Translations under genes and position numbers: made by a program
Shown here: positions 24,724 to 39,200 of the stretch, piece by piece
Numbering within the stretch: position 1 is the first letter of the stretch
Layout: each line of letters begins with the position of its first letter
The notes under the pieces: generated by a model
Database searches by the model: none
What the model saw: only the letters and a program-made list of their open reading frames with translations
What the model was told of the DNA's origin: nothing
NCBI GenBank assembly: GCA_002633005.1
Contig: NMRA01000349.1
Location: 62,001-126,000 of the forward strand
Direction: 5' to 3'
Length of the DNA stretch: 64,000 nucleotides
DNA from: Phoronis australis
Lineage: Eukaryota; Animalia; Phoronida

Positions 24724-26639
24724 GTAACTGGATTTTTAATGTAGTTAGTGGGCCTTGGTCTGTTTCGCGAGTACTTTCGCCTGGAAGTTTTATTTTGACG
24801 TTTCTCACCTCATCCACAAGTGTACTTTTCAAATATAAAAATTTCGTGGGTTTAAAGTCGTGCAATTTACCAACGAAAAATGTCAAAATGTTGAGTTGGT
24901 GTACAATGCGTCATTATTGATAAAATTTTGTATCCTCAATTTTAAGAGACATATTCAAGCTCTGTTGGTGACAATAAACATGCAAAATGGATCAAAATAA
25001 CAATACAAACAAGCTATTTAAAAGTCACGCCACCACGTACTGGTAAAATGTGAAACTTCCTTTGATAACAGGAAAACGTAAATTCGTCTCATGTTGAACA
25101 TGCGACGAATTACGTTGTCAAGCTGTTTCAACTGAACGAGTATGAGAACAGTTTTAGCAGACAGTATGATAAAGCAATTGTAAGGCAAATAGGGGTGAAA
25201 GACATGACAAAAGCGGACCTCAAGAGTGGAATACTTTTTGTTACGGTTACCAAAGATAATCAAGCCTTACCAAAATCAGGATCGAAAAATGAAACAGTTA
25301 CTTTCTTCCCATCGATTCAAAGAGGGTCAGCATTAACTTGTTAAAGTTTCTTTAATGGTTAAACAGTGCGGTTGAGTTTTCTTGTCACTGAATGCTTGAT
25401 CGTTTTGATTGGCCTATTCAGTAGCAATCTTAATAGCACGTTGAGCCCATTACCATCAGCGGTTTGTAAGGCTAAGTCATCATCATTAGCCTGGATATCT
25501 GTATGATGTGTCACCATACAGTTTAGCTTGAGTAGTGTGGTGTCCCAGCATATACTTAATCCGTAGACTAAGAATAGGGTGTAACTCTAGTTCTTGCAAG
25601 GCATTTTCTTTGGTATCAAAAGCAATGTTGCGAAGGCGCCAGCAATACATAGAACGATACCTAGTGCTGATAGCTTCTTCTCAAGAATTTTCTCATTCCG
25701 TTGTACAACAAGGGGAGTTTCTGCTTAAGCCCTTACACCGAACCCCAACTGGGCATTGGAGAGCTTCCTTTGAAGTCATGTAGTTCCAGACATTTAAATT
25801 GTTTAACATCAAGCTTTCCAACCATTTGATTTAGGCTTCAAAATATTTCACATTGAACTAGGTATTCTTTCTGGGATTTCGGAAAAAGACTCCTTTGCAA
25901 TTTCTCCAAACGTTTGTCCCCCATAAACAGGCTTTGAAAATGGCGCGATAGATGTCCTTGACCTGCATTCAGTCTTCCTACAAAAGAACGGGGTGAATGT
26001 CATCCTATGTATGAGTTTTATAGCCTGGATTTCATCTGATGCCACCTCCATTCGGTTTGATAAACGAATGCGATCAGTTATTCTGTTTCAAGGTGTAACG
26101 TGAACACAGCAATATAGCCTCATCCACCTGTGCCGTGTGGTTTACAGCATCTCGATACTACCCCAGGCATTTAAAACATAATACAATGTTTCACTGTAGG
26201 CAGAATAGGCAAAAGAAGGGATGATCCACTAGGTGAGATACTAATTGAATGAGGTCAACACCATATTCGTGCTGCTAAATTTTTGTTTCAATGCTCACCT
26301 GTCAAAAATATGGCCAATGCTTCTTATGACGACAATTCCTGTTTATCACGCTTCATAAGTCTAATAGTGGTATTTGCTTCTAATTCGTGGTGAATGTTCT
26401 TCTTAAGACCTATCGCCTGAAAGTGTTCTTTTATGGCATCGTTTTGCAAGTGATTGGATAGTCTTTGGGACAGGCAGTGAACATACAGTTTGACCAATAT
26501 AGCACTGCTTACTCATAAAATGAATACATTGATTCTCAGCACAAATAAACTCGTAACGAAACTGCATGAGGGAGGTCTTTCTGCCAAATTATGTTTGCAT
26601 ATAGGTTTTATTTATTTGTTGAACTTATGGATGAATGTC

Positions 26640-26765
26640 TGTACGTATGTTTGCATGTGTATGTATTTTTAATGTATATGCATGTATGTATGTTTGAATG
26701 TATGTGTGTATGTATGTATGCAAGTATGTATGTATGTATGTATGTATGTATGTATGTGTGTATAT
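26640..26765. repeat. (TATG)n microsatellite
   Basis: tatgtatgtatg runs, repeated at 27131-27182. Confidence 0.9.
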
Positions 26766-26776
26766 GTCAAATAAAT

Positions 26777-26950
26777 ATAGTTCGGTAGCAACAATTCATT
26801 GACACAAACTTGGTTGAAGAGAGGACTGTACTGTTTGTTTGACAACATAATGTTTAGAGATTACGAGCGAGTATATATTAAGCTGCCAAACAAAAATACG
26901 GTCGTGTTTTCAACCAAGTTTGTGTCAATGAAGGGCTGCTACCGAACTAT
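26777..26950. mobile_element. Hairpin MITE (~175 bp), duplicated at about 27194-27367
   Basis: atagttcggtagca...ttcattgacacaaacttggttgaa is inverted against ttcaaccaagtttgtgtcaatgaa...tgctaccgaactat. Confidence 0.75.
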
Positions 26951-26996
26951 GCTATACTATATATCAAATACGTAAGCAATCATTTTATTCTTTCAG

Positions 26997-27059
26997 ACGC
27001 CTGATGTCCATTCTGCTACAAATACGCGAGTGCTAGTTAGCGGACCATCGTCTGAACAA
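26997..27059 (+). CDS. RNF213: RNF213-like gene exon 4 (63 nt; second near-identical copy at 27414-27476)
   Basis: tttcag|ACG ... CAA|gtaagt, phase 0/0, TPDVHSATNTRVLVSGPSSEQ. Confidence 0.65.
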
Positions 27060-28479
27060 GTAAGTAATAAATTGCTCATGGACAAGTTCCAGTTACCTAC
27101 GTGAGAGGGAGCTCTTTTTGTTTACAGTCNATGTATGCAAGTATGTAAGTATGTATGTATGTATGTATGTATGTGTGTATATGTCAAATAAATATAGTTC
27201 GGTACCAACAATTCATTGACACAAACTTGGTTGAAGAGAGGACTGTACTGTTTGTTTGACAACATAATGTTTAGAGATTACGAGCGAGTATATATGAAGC
27301 TGCCAAACAAAAATACGGTCGTGTTTTCAACCAAGTTTGTGTCAATGAAGGGCTGCTACCGAACTATGCTATACTATATATCAAATACGTAAGCAATCAT
27401 TTTATTCTTTCAGACGCCTGATGTCCATTCTGCTACAAATACGCGAGTGCTAGTTAGCGGACAACCGTCTGAACAAGTAAGTAATAAATTGCTCATGGAC
27501 AAGTTCCAGTTACCTACGTGAGAGGGAGCTCTTTTTGTTTACAGTCTTCTGGTTTTTCATGTAATCTGAAGTTGTGTGCTTGAACAAAAAAGATGCTTGA
27601 AACATCGAATGTGTTGCCGGTGCCCACCTCTGTAACGTAAATGTATAAAATTTTATCAATCTCAGGTTGCAATGACATTTTAAATAACGCAGCTCACGTC
27701 GATTCGTAGGCCTACCGTTTATGTGTGCAGTAAGCCCATGCGTCTGTATACGAAACTGCCTACTTCCGGATTTAGGCAGTATAACTATGCTTGAAACTAA
27801 TGTCCGCTTCTCTGTTGTGACTGGTATTTACGATTCTACGTAGTATTTATCGAACAATAAATGCTCATTAACTCGTGATCAGCTAATTACCATACTGTCA
27901 GATAGTGTTTGCGGGTTTTCTCATTTCGACTGATAGACGGGTGGAGTGCTTTTGGTGTTTTAAATTTTTTATATGAAATTGGTGGTTTCAAGCACTTTAA
28001 ATCATCTTGTAAGAAATAAAAAAACTGAAATATAGAGTCAATTTTGCTATCGAATTTGGCTATTTTGAATTCAGAATGCCTAAAACCGATTACGTGATTT
28101 GGCGAAAAGTGGTACCAACGCTAATATTTTACGCGAGAAAGAGATCCATACATGTGTTCTGACCATTTTTTGTGACATCAAAGGCAGTTTGGAGTTAAGG
28201 GATAGCCCTAGAGTCTGAAATGTTTCGGTGCTTTGTAGAATGGTTTTGGAGGACCCAGAATTGATCTTTTTGGGACACCGGTTGAGACATTAACTGGAAA
28301 ATGCAATATTATCTGAAAAGAGAAAGTTACTGTTTTCAGGCCTGCAGGTAGCTAGTAAACCAGTTAAGTTCCATGTTTTTCGATGTTGTAGTAGCTCATT
28401 TTTTAAATATATTTTTAACATATATTTAATATATGTGATCGGTTGTGTCAATGACTTTTGCTAGTTCAGCAACATTAAT

Positions 28480-28760
28480 GAGGGTCTTTTGTTGACATAA
28501 GTAGATATTTCGTGTAGATGTTCTAAATTCTTAAGTTCATTGGAGTGTTTATGGTGAACGCCATACTGTTGTTCATACAAAGGAGTGTGTACAGAGAGGT
28601 AGATGTAATGTATTCTTATTTGCTCGAGTACAATTTTTGCGACATTTTTAGAACACACGCAATATTGAAATCACTTTATACATTGCCATGTTTTCCTCCT
28701 CGAGATCATTGTTTTAAGTAACGGAGCAAATTTGGCAATTTTAGAAAAATTCTGTTACAG
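28480..28760 (-). mobile_element. LINE reverse transcriptase remnant
   Basis: CSKNVAKIVLEQ...LYEQQYGVHHKHSNEL resembles the RT SK..EK.V..Q...QYGFR..HSTE motif. Confidence 0.5.
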
Positions 28761-29211
28761 GACGATTTGTTAATGATTGATGCCTAATTTGATGAAGATT
28801 TCATTGTGTCTGTTGGTTATTTTTTATAATTCCATCTTCATTAGTTGCTGTAAACTTTAATATGTGTTGTATAGGTGTTTGAAGATATTCGTTATTTTTA
28901 CCGGCCTTATTTACCAAATACTTCGAAGTGAGAGTTCGTCCACGTTTTGGAATGCAGGAGTTGAATGCACTGGCTATTTCTTATGGTTAAGTAGTGAGCC
29001 ATGTACACAAATGATTACCGAAATAGAAGTGCGGTATGATCAGTTGCTTCTTTTAAGAACACCGTTAATAGTGAGCCATGTCTTGCTACAGTTATCATTC
29101 TGATAATAAAGCATATCGAGCATTTTAATGGTGTTGCGTTGCTAAGTGAATTGATGTTAACACATTAGATTGTGCATGGCATGGTTTATTTGCTCTGTTC
29201 TTGCCTTTCAG

Positions 29212-29286
29212 GGTGGTTCAAATGTGAAGAATATCATCTCTGACTTTGAAAATGTGATTTCTGAGACTGGGTCGCTTCCGAGCAAG
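29212..29286 (+). CDS. RNF213: RNF213-like gene exon 5 (75 nt)
   Basis: ttgcctttcag|GGT ... AAG|gtgatt, phase 0/0, GGSNVKNIISDFENVISETGSLPSK. Confidence 0.6.
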
Positions 29287-30924
29287 GTGATTGACTTTTG
29301 AATATCTGAAAATGCTCTCAAAACGTCTTGGGTCCGAAATCCTATCTCCTTACTCAAAACCTGAATTCAGTTTTGATATATTTGTTTAATACTTAAAACT
29401 ATGTCTCCTTCTGTTTACCTGTTCGAAAAAACAAAACAAAAACTAGGCATGCGAGCAATTATGAATAAATTTTAAAGAAATCTGACCGTTTTGGCCCAAT
29501 TGCAGCTGGTAATATTTCAGCTGAATGTTGGAATATGTGCACAAAAAATATCAACCTTGCTTTATTGGCGTATTTCTTGATTTTACGCTTAAGCATCTAC
29601 GCCATGCATCGATCTATGTTCTTAGCAAATTTGCATTCGAAGCAGGTAGCTGCCTAAGCGAATAGTTCATTTTCTGTAAAAAAACGATATTTCTCAATAG
29701 GTGATCCTTTCATTGACAATGCCTGCAACGATTGAGAAATTATTTAAACGCATTAAACGCATGAGCAAGAGATCTTTATATCGTTTCTAGGGTGCCTTTC
29801 ATGTAACAAGTTTCTTGAAAATCTGGCTTGAACACGCGAGACCACGCAATATTAGGCGAGTGTGTGCGTGTTATTGCATTTCAGTGACGTTATTATCTAA
29901 AACCATGTTTAACATAATTTCCATATGTTTTCGTTCTCCTGGTCTCAGTAGTTTCATTTTTTCACTGTCGAACGTGGACAGTAGCTGTTAAGCCCTTTAA
30001 CCTCGGACAAGTATTAAACAAACTGTCAAGCTGTTGAAGGTGTTTGTAGCTTGTACTAAACATTTTTTCTCGCTACACGGTATGTATTTTGCATCTGAAG
30101 TTCCCCTAGAATGAAGATAAGGTATTTTGCTACACAAATGTGAAATATTGTAAAAACTGCCAATTTTTGCCAATAAAGTTTGAGATATCGTTAAGTTCAC
30201 TCCATTTAGACCTTGTTTTACAAAACCTTCAAAGATCCAGGCATTTTCATATTTTTAAGTATTATTAAAAGTAATACACCACAAGTCAAATGTGTTCTGT
30301 AATGGTTTACTGCATCGGTCGTTCCCTGCTCAAAAAGAAATTGCACCCAATACACAATCACTTTTCAGAACGGTACAGCTAGCTATACGCTACACCGAGG
30401 GCCACCAACTGATACTCAGAAAGCTGACCAAGTATGTCATACCGTTTTGTTTTGCTCAACTGTGGAAGTGTGTGTGACAGATAAGTGGCAATGCAAAATT
30501 TCAAACGGGAGTCCACTGCCTCTCAACCTTTTTGGGATTTTTGAATATTCAGTCTGATAGTAAATTATTCAGTAACCTACAATCTTGCATGATAGACTGC
30601 GTTCCGTTACTCTATTACTTTAAGTTTACGAGAAATGTCTCATCCCGACTGATGATTGCAACAGGTGCCACACGAGTAACTGAGTCCAACGCAAAAACAA
30701 AACAGTGAATGCTTTCTTGATTATTCTATTTAATATTTAGTTTAGCTGAGCCTGAGAAGTACTGCAAATTTAGAGGGATCCTCTGAAAGGGCCACTGGTT
30801 TTGGAGCGCAGTGATTTGTGACTCTGTTCAGAGTGAAATTTTAAATTTATATCTTTTCGAGCTGCTCCATACCTGTTGAGTTTTATTCGTTGCAAGTCTT
30901 GTATGAAGCACGGAGGCTGATCCC

Positions 30925-32182
30925 AAGGTGATCCAAAGATGACATCGCACGTTTCTTTCTTAATCATCTCAGGATCTCGAGATCCCTGTTAAGTTATCTC
31001 AGGATCTCGACATCCTGACTTAATTGTTTTGGGATTTCGATTCTATCAACATAGTCTGTTATCAAATGACAACCGGTCTCAACTATTAATTTTGTGATTT
31101 AAGCTTTTGTGGGTGAGTGCAGATATTCGTTTGTAGCCAAGTTTTATGGGAGAGTCATTCAGCGACGTAATATGATTATTAATTGTGTAAGTCATATCTA
31201 TTGCCACAGTCGTGGGACGACGGTGTGTGTGGGTCGAGGGGTTTCAGAACAATCCCGGGCCTTTAAACCTCATATTTCTGAGCCATGACATTGTGATGAG
31301 CATATCAAATAATTCTAATTGCATTCGGAAATTCTATATTTTACGGAATAAGATAGATGACTCTACCTTCAACGTTTGTAGACACACATGCGATCCCATC
31401 AGGCGTGAAATCAGGTATAAAGCTTATGGTCTCAACGAATAAAAGCAAATGACAATATTATTAAACAACGAGATTTTTCAACTTCAGCATATTTCGATGC
31501 CTCCTACATCTACCATCTTGTAGAGCTATCAGGATGCATCATAGCAACAAAACATCAGTGTTTAGATCTTCCATCTATCAACACTCCAGATAACAACAAA
31601 ACAGATTAACGTGTCTGGTGATAATGGAATGATTTTAACGATACTCTTTCTGCTTAAACTGCAGTACTACAAGTTTTGCTGACTGAAAAAACAAAATAAA
31701 ATTAGACCTCTTTCTGTTGTAAAATTTATCTTGCATGATAGGCCTTGTTTTCTGTTACCAAGAATGTTCGAATTTGGATAAAGATGAAGCTGTTAATGAT
31801 CTTCCCAAATGTCGCAAAAAGAAACTGTAGACATGCCCAGGTATCGCTTTGGTATCATTATTAGAAACTTTTCGGTGTTTGTTGCCAAGATTAAGGCTCA
31901 CGTCGTAACAATTATTGAGACATTGTTGGTGTGATTTGGTTTCATAGTCCGCCACATATCGATGCCTGTCTGGGCAGCCAACCTGGTTATAGATTAATGC
32001 ACCATAAATATGTATCTAATGGCTTAGTGGTGAAACAAGAAACTGTGAATCATTCTTTCTGCTGCCAATCCAGATGATGTGGCAATGCGACGTGTCAGAC
32101 AACATTGGTACTCTGAGGAAAATTATTTCGAGATCCTGAGATAATTAAAAAAGAAACGCGCGATGTCATCTTTGGGACACTG
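30925..32182. mobile_element. ~1.25-kb non-autonomous TIR element
   Basis: ccaaagatgacatcgcacgtttctttcttaatcatctcaggatctcga (30933-30980) is inverted against tcgagatcctgagataattaaaaaagaaacgcgcgatgtcatctttgg (32128-32175); right end cactg|ta. Confidence 0.65.
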
Positions 32183-32235
32183 TATGATGCTTTTTGTAAA
32201 AGTTGTTCAGATTGAAACGTTAGCAATTTTTACAG

Positions 32236-34226
32236 GTAATAACGAAAAGATTTGCTCTCTTTGTCCCGGACAAAGTGACTACGAAGTATGGCCATGATCC
32301 GAGAAATGTCTCATTGGTATTCGACAGCGAAATCAAGGACATTTCAGAAATACAGTTTAAAAAGCACGCGTCGAATTCAAAGATCTGGATTTCTTCTGAC
32401 GCCACCTTTAACGTTGAAGACACCAACCGAGTCAAATATTCTTATATTCTAGGGTTTGAAAAGACCAGAGGTCAAAAACTTTTATCCGTGCTGACTACCC
32501 TTTCAACCCAGGCTTTAAACGAAAATGAGTATGCTAAAGAAAATACAATGCGAAGTCTTGAATCTGAGGCACTTGTTCATTGCGATACATTTATGCTGAG
32601 AAAGTGGGATAGGAATGTGCAGAACATATGTGCTCAAGACGGTTTTTATAGCCATGTTCAGATAATGAATGACGAAGTGACCAAAGATACACTGAAAGAC
32701 TTTTTGATTCAGCTCGAATATTTGCGTTTCCCAACTCAGATGGTCGAAAGCAAGACTCGCAAAGAATTCGTTGAATTTTTAAATAAAGTATCGTCTCCGG
32801 ACGTTGCCAAAGGGTTATTTCTGCTATGTAGTCTTTCTTTGTTTACCCATTTAACCCATAATGTCATCTGGGAAAACATTACTGAAAAGACGGCAAGTTG
32901 TTTGGTTAAGCCTTTGTCAGGAACATCACGCCAAGAATTGCTTGAATCCAGGGTAAAATCAGTAATGGATTTGCTTCCAACTCTTCTGAAGCGTGCGTTT
33001 GGAAAACAAGTGCCATGGGAATTTTGTTTGCAGTTCATTTTCCCGTTCCTGTCGCTTGAGGAGGCTAAGAGTATCCAAGGGAAGTTTCCAGGTCCAGTTA
33101 AAAGCTTCGACAGTCTTGAGCCTACATTAATTCACCTGTTCCACAATTTACCCAACTGCTGCGGAGCAATAGAACTCTTTAAACTTATTATCAGTCGCCA
33201 ATCAGTACCTTTTTTAATTAAAATTGAATCGTGGTTAATTTCAAAAGAAACAGAAATGGCGAAACATCAGTTCCAGTTTCTTGTCTCATCAGTTCATGCG
33301 ATATATATCAACTTATTGAAGATGAGGAGAACCCACCAGCATGCCGAAAATCAAATAGATGAGTGTTGGCAACAATGGAAATGGATCATCGACCACATAG
33401 TTGTGATCAGTGATGAACTGGCTGAGATAGTGCTTGATCTGAAACCATTGAAGCTGTTGTTGCAAGTTAGCTCCCTTGTTAAGGGTAAGATGAGACGTCA
33501 TGAAGATTTAACCGTTAGGTTTAATGCCAATTTGAATAAAGTCACACGACAAATGGTTGAAAGTGAGCTTCATAGGAAGACAAGTCTCTGTGGTATCCAA
33601 GAGACATTAGCCCTACTTGAGAGAAATGTAGAGAGCCCGATGTATGAATTACTAGCACCGCTTGCTGCCCACCGTGTTGTTTCAGTGTGCTCAGACTCGT
33701 GTTGGAAGTCAGACGAAAGTGAACTTGAAGCTTTGGAAAACCTTTCATCAAATAGCGAAGTGTTCGGTAAAACATGTGACTTCAGAAGTTTGGTTTCTTG
33801 CATCGCGAATCACAGTGAAGAAACGGTTAGACACATTTTCATCAACCTAGTTAGGAAAGTGAATCATGACGATCCAACCATGTGCGATCCAGCTTTGTCT
33901 TGGTACAACACAGAGCAACGGGCTATAAAGACGACATATTATCAAATCTCTGATAAAATAAAGGCTATATACGATCTGTATTTCCTTCTTCATGATCTGC
34001 CAGCCTTGAGACAAAATAAAGAATTTTGTCAACAAATCGACAAAGAAGTGGAAAATAGCATTCACTCATTTGGCGTGCATAACTTATGCCATGAAATTCC
34101 AAGATTAGAGAAGATGAGCCAAAGAACCCAACAAAAGTTTGAAGAGCACCTGCAGAAAATCTTCATGTCGCCATCTAGTGTTCCACAGCTACCGTTGACC
34201 AATACCAGGATCTATGTCGACACAAG
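32236..34226 (+). CDS. RNF213: RNF213-like gene exon 6 (1,991 nt; possible degenerate CBM20-like beta domain + helical N-stalk)
   Basis: 651-aa ORF; ttttacag|GTA at 32236 and AG|gtaacg at 34226; phase 0/2 matches the giant exon. Confidence 0.85.
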
Positions 34227-35411
34227 GTAACGTAGGCATTCTGTTAAGCACTCCTGTCACACTCGCACACATGTTTGGTTTTCACTGCATGATGTTCTAT
34301 TTTTTCAGCCATGCCAGGCGCCCGATACGTTTCAATAGTGCTTCAAGTTTTGGCTGCAAAGGTCTTAAGAGCCGATACTGCTTTTGAGTCAGTGCCGGTT
34401 TTTGGTCTTAGTATTTATAGAAATGAGACGATAACATCTTTCGCGATACTACTCATATTTAGGATATACATACTGTCATATCTTTCGCTGAACTACAGTT
34501 AAACGTCATCATTTACTGTACAACCAATAAGTGGTTCCTCACCAAGTTTCTGTATAAAATCATAGTCCCACTTGTAAGAATGCCACAACATTCAATCATT
34601 TAATCACGTCTTGGCCGCGGATGCAGTTCTGTTCATGTAACATCAGTGTTTAAAAAATATTGAGCTGTTTGTTCATTAATCAACAGTGATTCTTTGATAT
34701 GAAGGTTCGGTTAAAAGCTTAACTTTTCTAGCCTCTGAATTGTCTAAACTGTAACTAGTTCTTTTTACTTAGATTTTTTTTCATTACACCTTCGTCTTTC
34801 GTCCCAAAGTTGTTACTTTACTGTGCATGTATTAATATTTATTTCATTTTTGATTAATTTTCTTCGTGTATTTATGTTTTCATTTCATCGTTCAACGTCT
34901 TTGTTAATGTAACCTTTACTGCTTTTGTTTTTACGATATTTTTATCGATATCTGCACCTATTTTATATTATTTTGCTTCTGCTGTACAATTATTTCGCGT
35001 CTTTTATTCCTAAACGTGTTTATTCCTTTTGTTCATTGCTTTAAATGACCTATGTGGGTGAATAGTAAATGTTACTGAGACGCCTGTCCACTGTTAATAA
35101 AGATTTGAATATCTCAGCATCCGTATAGTCAGTGCTGTGTTAATTATACGCATGGTGAGACACCAACACTTTTTGTCACTGAACTTTCATATCAAAAAGT
35201 CACTGTTCATTCAGCAACGAACTTTTCAATAATCTTTAAACAATACTACTACATGAACACAGATACACCTGTGCCCAGCATATGATTGCATGTTGTGTTA
35301 TTCTTTCTAGTTTGTGAGATGATGTATTGTAAGTGTGTGGATGTGTGGAACTACTTATTGGTTGTATAGTCACTGATGATGCTTACCTGAAGTTCGGCGA
35401 AACGTTTAACA

Positions 35412-35412
35412 G

Positions 35413-35460
<48 letters not shown>

Positions 35461-35492
35461 TGTGTGTGTATATACATACATACATGCATACA

Positions 35493-35522
<30 letters not shown>
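35412..35522. repeat. Compound (TA)/(TG)n/(CATA)n microsatellite
   Basis: Seen directly. Confidence 0.95.
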
Positions 35523-35523
<1 letters not shown>

Positions 35524-36291
35524 GGTAATGTATATGATAACGTTACACAGAAATAGGCGAACTTTTATCGAATGAGCGTTCTTAGAGGCGTACTGTTTGC
35601 AATGTAGTAATGGGCGAATGTCAACGCTTTGTGGTGTTCTTGCTGTGAAACATGTTGGTGATTTGAGTTTTGATCCTCTTTTTATTTAATTATCAAAATT
35701 AATGATGTAAAAACATTTGTTTTTTTATTACCGAATTCCGTTTAGATGCCGTTAAGTAATGTGTCAACGAAGACACGAGTGTACAGTAACTGCGCGTCGG
35801 TATTTGACAATTCAGTAATACACTTACAGTCGTTTTATTGTCTGTGTGACCACACCCGAATTTAAATCTGATTTTCGAGTTTGTTGTTGAGTTGTGCAGA
35901 AGTCATAACATTTGATTGCGCAGGTGAATAATCGGTGTTTAAAATATTGACCACCAAGTGAAAACTGGAAATCAAATAAATGTTGATTTTGGTATTGTTG
36001 AATTACACAATTGATGATAGAACCGTAATAATTTACCACACCATTTTATGAATTCTACCGCAGCGATTGTTCAGGGTTTTTTTGTTTTCAAAACATGAAT
36101 GATCTTGTTCAGAAGCAGCGTGTAACTGCTCTGAGCTATGGGGAAACGTTATTGTTTGGATATCCGATGCACTTATACGGTGTGAAAGAGGCAGGTGTTA
36201 TACAACTCTTTTATATGGATGTCTCTGACACATCTTAAAATGATAGCTTACGTAAACTGACTTACTGGCAATATCTTAATTTTCATTTCAG

Positions 36292-39200
36292 CCTACGTGC
36301 GGTGCCTATCAAAGCTCTCCTGAACGTCCAAAAAGTGACACCTTGTCAAGACATACAGGATCCAAATCTCCTTCTCAGCTTGAGAGATATCTTGAAACAG
36401 TCTGACTTTTGGTATAAAATTCTGTCTGCTGATGGCAGATTTGCATTCTGCCTAAGAGAGCACGATAGTGCTAAAACGGTTAAGTATATTTTGTTATTGG
36501 TGACAAGTAGTTTGAAACAACCGAGCACAGCTGTTCATGTTGCAAAATCCTTGTTGGAAGCATTTGATTCGAGTGACAGGAAATCCACTGCAGTGCTTCT
36601 CGACTATGTTTCCAAAGACTTCTCAAAAACTGCTAGACACATCAAGTCATTAATTGATCGAGTGTCAGATGTAGTGAGAAAATTGCGAACGTTTGAAAAT
36701 GTTTTCCTGCCGATGTGTAAACAACAGCTATGTGACAGAGAGCAATTCAGTGCTGCGTTGAATGATATAGAGATAAAACTAACAAAAGGAGACACGTGTA
36801 GTCTTGCCGAGATTAGTAATGATAAGCGTTTCTGGGGTCCTTTTATCACCATGGTTGATCATGTATCGCTACTGCAGTCGTTGAAAAGTTCTAAAGCATT
36901 CTTGAAGTTATCTGAGAATACCCTACTCACGACAGATTTCCACAGTAATGAAACTGTCGGTACATCATCGTTTAGAGACAGCTCATTTGATGGCTCTGGA
37001 GACAGTTCTGGGCTTCTACATTTGCACGAATTATTTGATGGTGAGGAAAACAAAGAGATGGATGGTGAGCAAGTATCTAGCGGCGAATGCGGAATTTCTG
37101 TGTCGATTATAGCCGAACACTTGGCTGGTAACACATTCGAGAAGTACAAAGCATGTCTTGCACCATTCTTCGACGGCACCGATGTCTCTGTCGCTAAAGT
37201 TCGTGACCTGTTTGAGTCTTGCGACTCACTCGAAACTGAAGTAGATGTAATTGAAAAGATTTTTTGCAAACCCTTTCATGCCGACTTCAAAACAGCTTTG
37301 ATGAATTTCATGGAATATGGCAGCTACATTAATCAGGTTGAAAATATTAAGACTTTCTTGAAGAATTTCAACCTTGATATTTTAGAAAGTGACGCCTTAG
37401 GTCTTGCTTTGAACTCTCTTCTCAGCTGTGCGCAACATGAAGGAGTTACTCTGCTTCAGATAAGTAGAAGTGTCCAGTGTATAAAAGATCTGCTCATTGG
37501 CGAAAAAGAAGACGCTATTCTTTCAGAGCTTACTCGGTCAAAAAACTTGATTGCATTCATTCAGGACAATCAAGATGAAGACTTCAGAAATCTTATCGAT
37601 GCAGTCGAAGAGCATTCTGATTCCTTTGTTAGAGATGTACAAGTATCCCAACTGATTGAAGTGAAGCGGTTTCTTTACCCATTAATCCGTATTGTAAAAG
37701 ACAGAAATGGTAAAATGGCGAGCCTTGAATTTCTGGAGTTTTTTCTAAAGGAATGTAAAGGCGTCTCTGGCGATATAGGAGGTAAACTGAATGGCTGCAG
37801 CGAGCACTTCTACGCCTTAAAAACTCTTCATTCCAGTGTGGCTAACAGAGGTGAAATGACGAAGGGAATTATTGAAAACATTATGAAGGTCGGGAAATTT
37901 GTGTTCAACATTAAATCAGGTGAATGCGACGTTACTGTTTCATACACACGAAATCATCATAAAAGAAGCTACACATTGCAGGAACTGTCGGACCTGAAAA
38001 GTAGAGCTTTGCTAATAACAAATAAAGACTCTAACGTCGAAGGTGTCGATGATCTTGCAAGTGCAAAGGTAAAAGACGCTTTAAAAGGGTTTATCACTGT
38101 TTACGATGATGTGAACAGTATTGTCCAAACGTCCACTGACCTTCATAGATCCGGTCATTTCAACTACAGGGTGTACAACAAAAAGATCACTCAACGAAGC
38201 GAATTGAAACATATGTCTGATGCTCTTGAGCAAGATCGCAAGAGCTGGGATGATAAACTAAAGAAAGCTCGTGAAAAGTATTACCATCTCAATTTTGTTT
38301 ACTCTGACCAGATTTGGACGTTGTTTGACTTTTTCAAGGCTAAAAAAGATCCAGAACGAGCAAAGTTTATTCTTCAATTTATTGACCCAAATATTCCGTT
38401 CAATGACGTCCAGCTGGTGCCCTTCCATCAAAATGATGACAAACTTGATTTTGTGGGTAAACAGTTACAACAGGTATTTGGGGCTGCAAAAACCATGAAA
38501 CGACCTCTCGATGTTCCTGACGACTCAGCCCCCTTGAAGGACCTTGTCACTCCTGCTTTACCGTTTATTATTCATCAACCCGATGGCTGCATGTCTGTTG
38601 TCAAAACCGTTTTCAAAGTGTATGGATCACTTTCCAACTGCTACCCGTTACCGCACCAGATTCTATTTTGCTCGCCAGATTCTGAGTGGGAACAAATTCA
38701 TCTGCTTCTACTGCGATACATTTGCTCAAAACTTCCTGAAGAAGTCTTCTGCCTTGCGAACGTCGAACTACTTCCTAACGAGTTGCAGTTTGCGTTAGTG
38801 GATGAAATCAACGAAATGATAGAGCAGTTTCAGTTGTACCATCATCCTGTCTCATTTCTTTGTCTTATTTGTAAAGGGTCAACATCTGATCCCGTACTAG
38901 GTAAATTCCCAGACCTTGTTCATCGGACTCAGCCGCTTCATGAAAAAGACGTAGAAGTTTGTCTTCAAACAGTTTGTCCAAATGTGGTGACAGTAACGTC
39001 GGCTGTACCTGGTCTTGGCAAATCCGAGACAATACGCAATTTATCGTTTGCTAGTGGGAGAGCGGTTATTCATTTTCCTATCAATGGCCCATTCATCAAA
39101 CGTGAGCTGATAAGAAGGTTACAGTCAGCAAAGATCACACATAGTTCGCTTTTACACCTAGATATCGGCGAAGTCGATCATCCATACCTGCTGGAAGTGT

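Noticed and set aside
25400-26500. Coding-looking minus-strand stretch in intron 3
   Set aside because: No frame gave a recognisable motif; possibly old TE debris.
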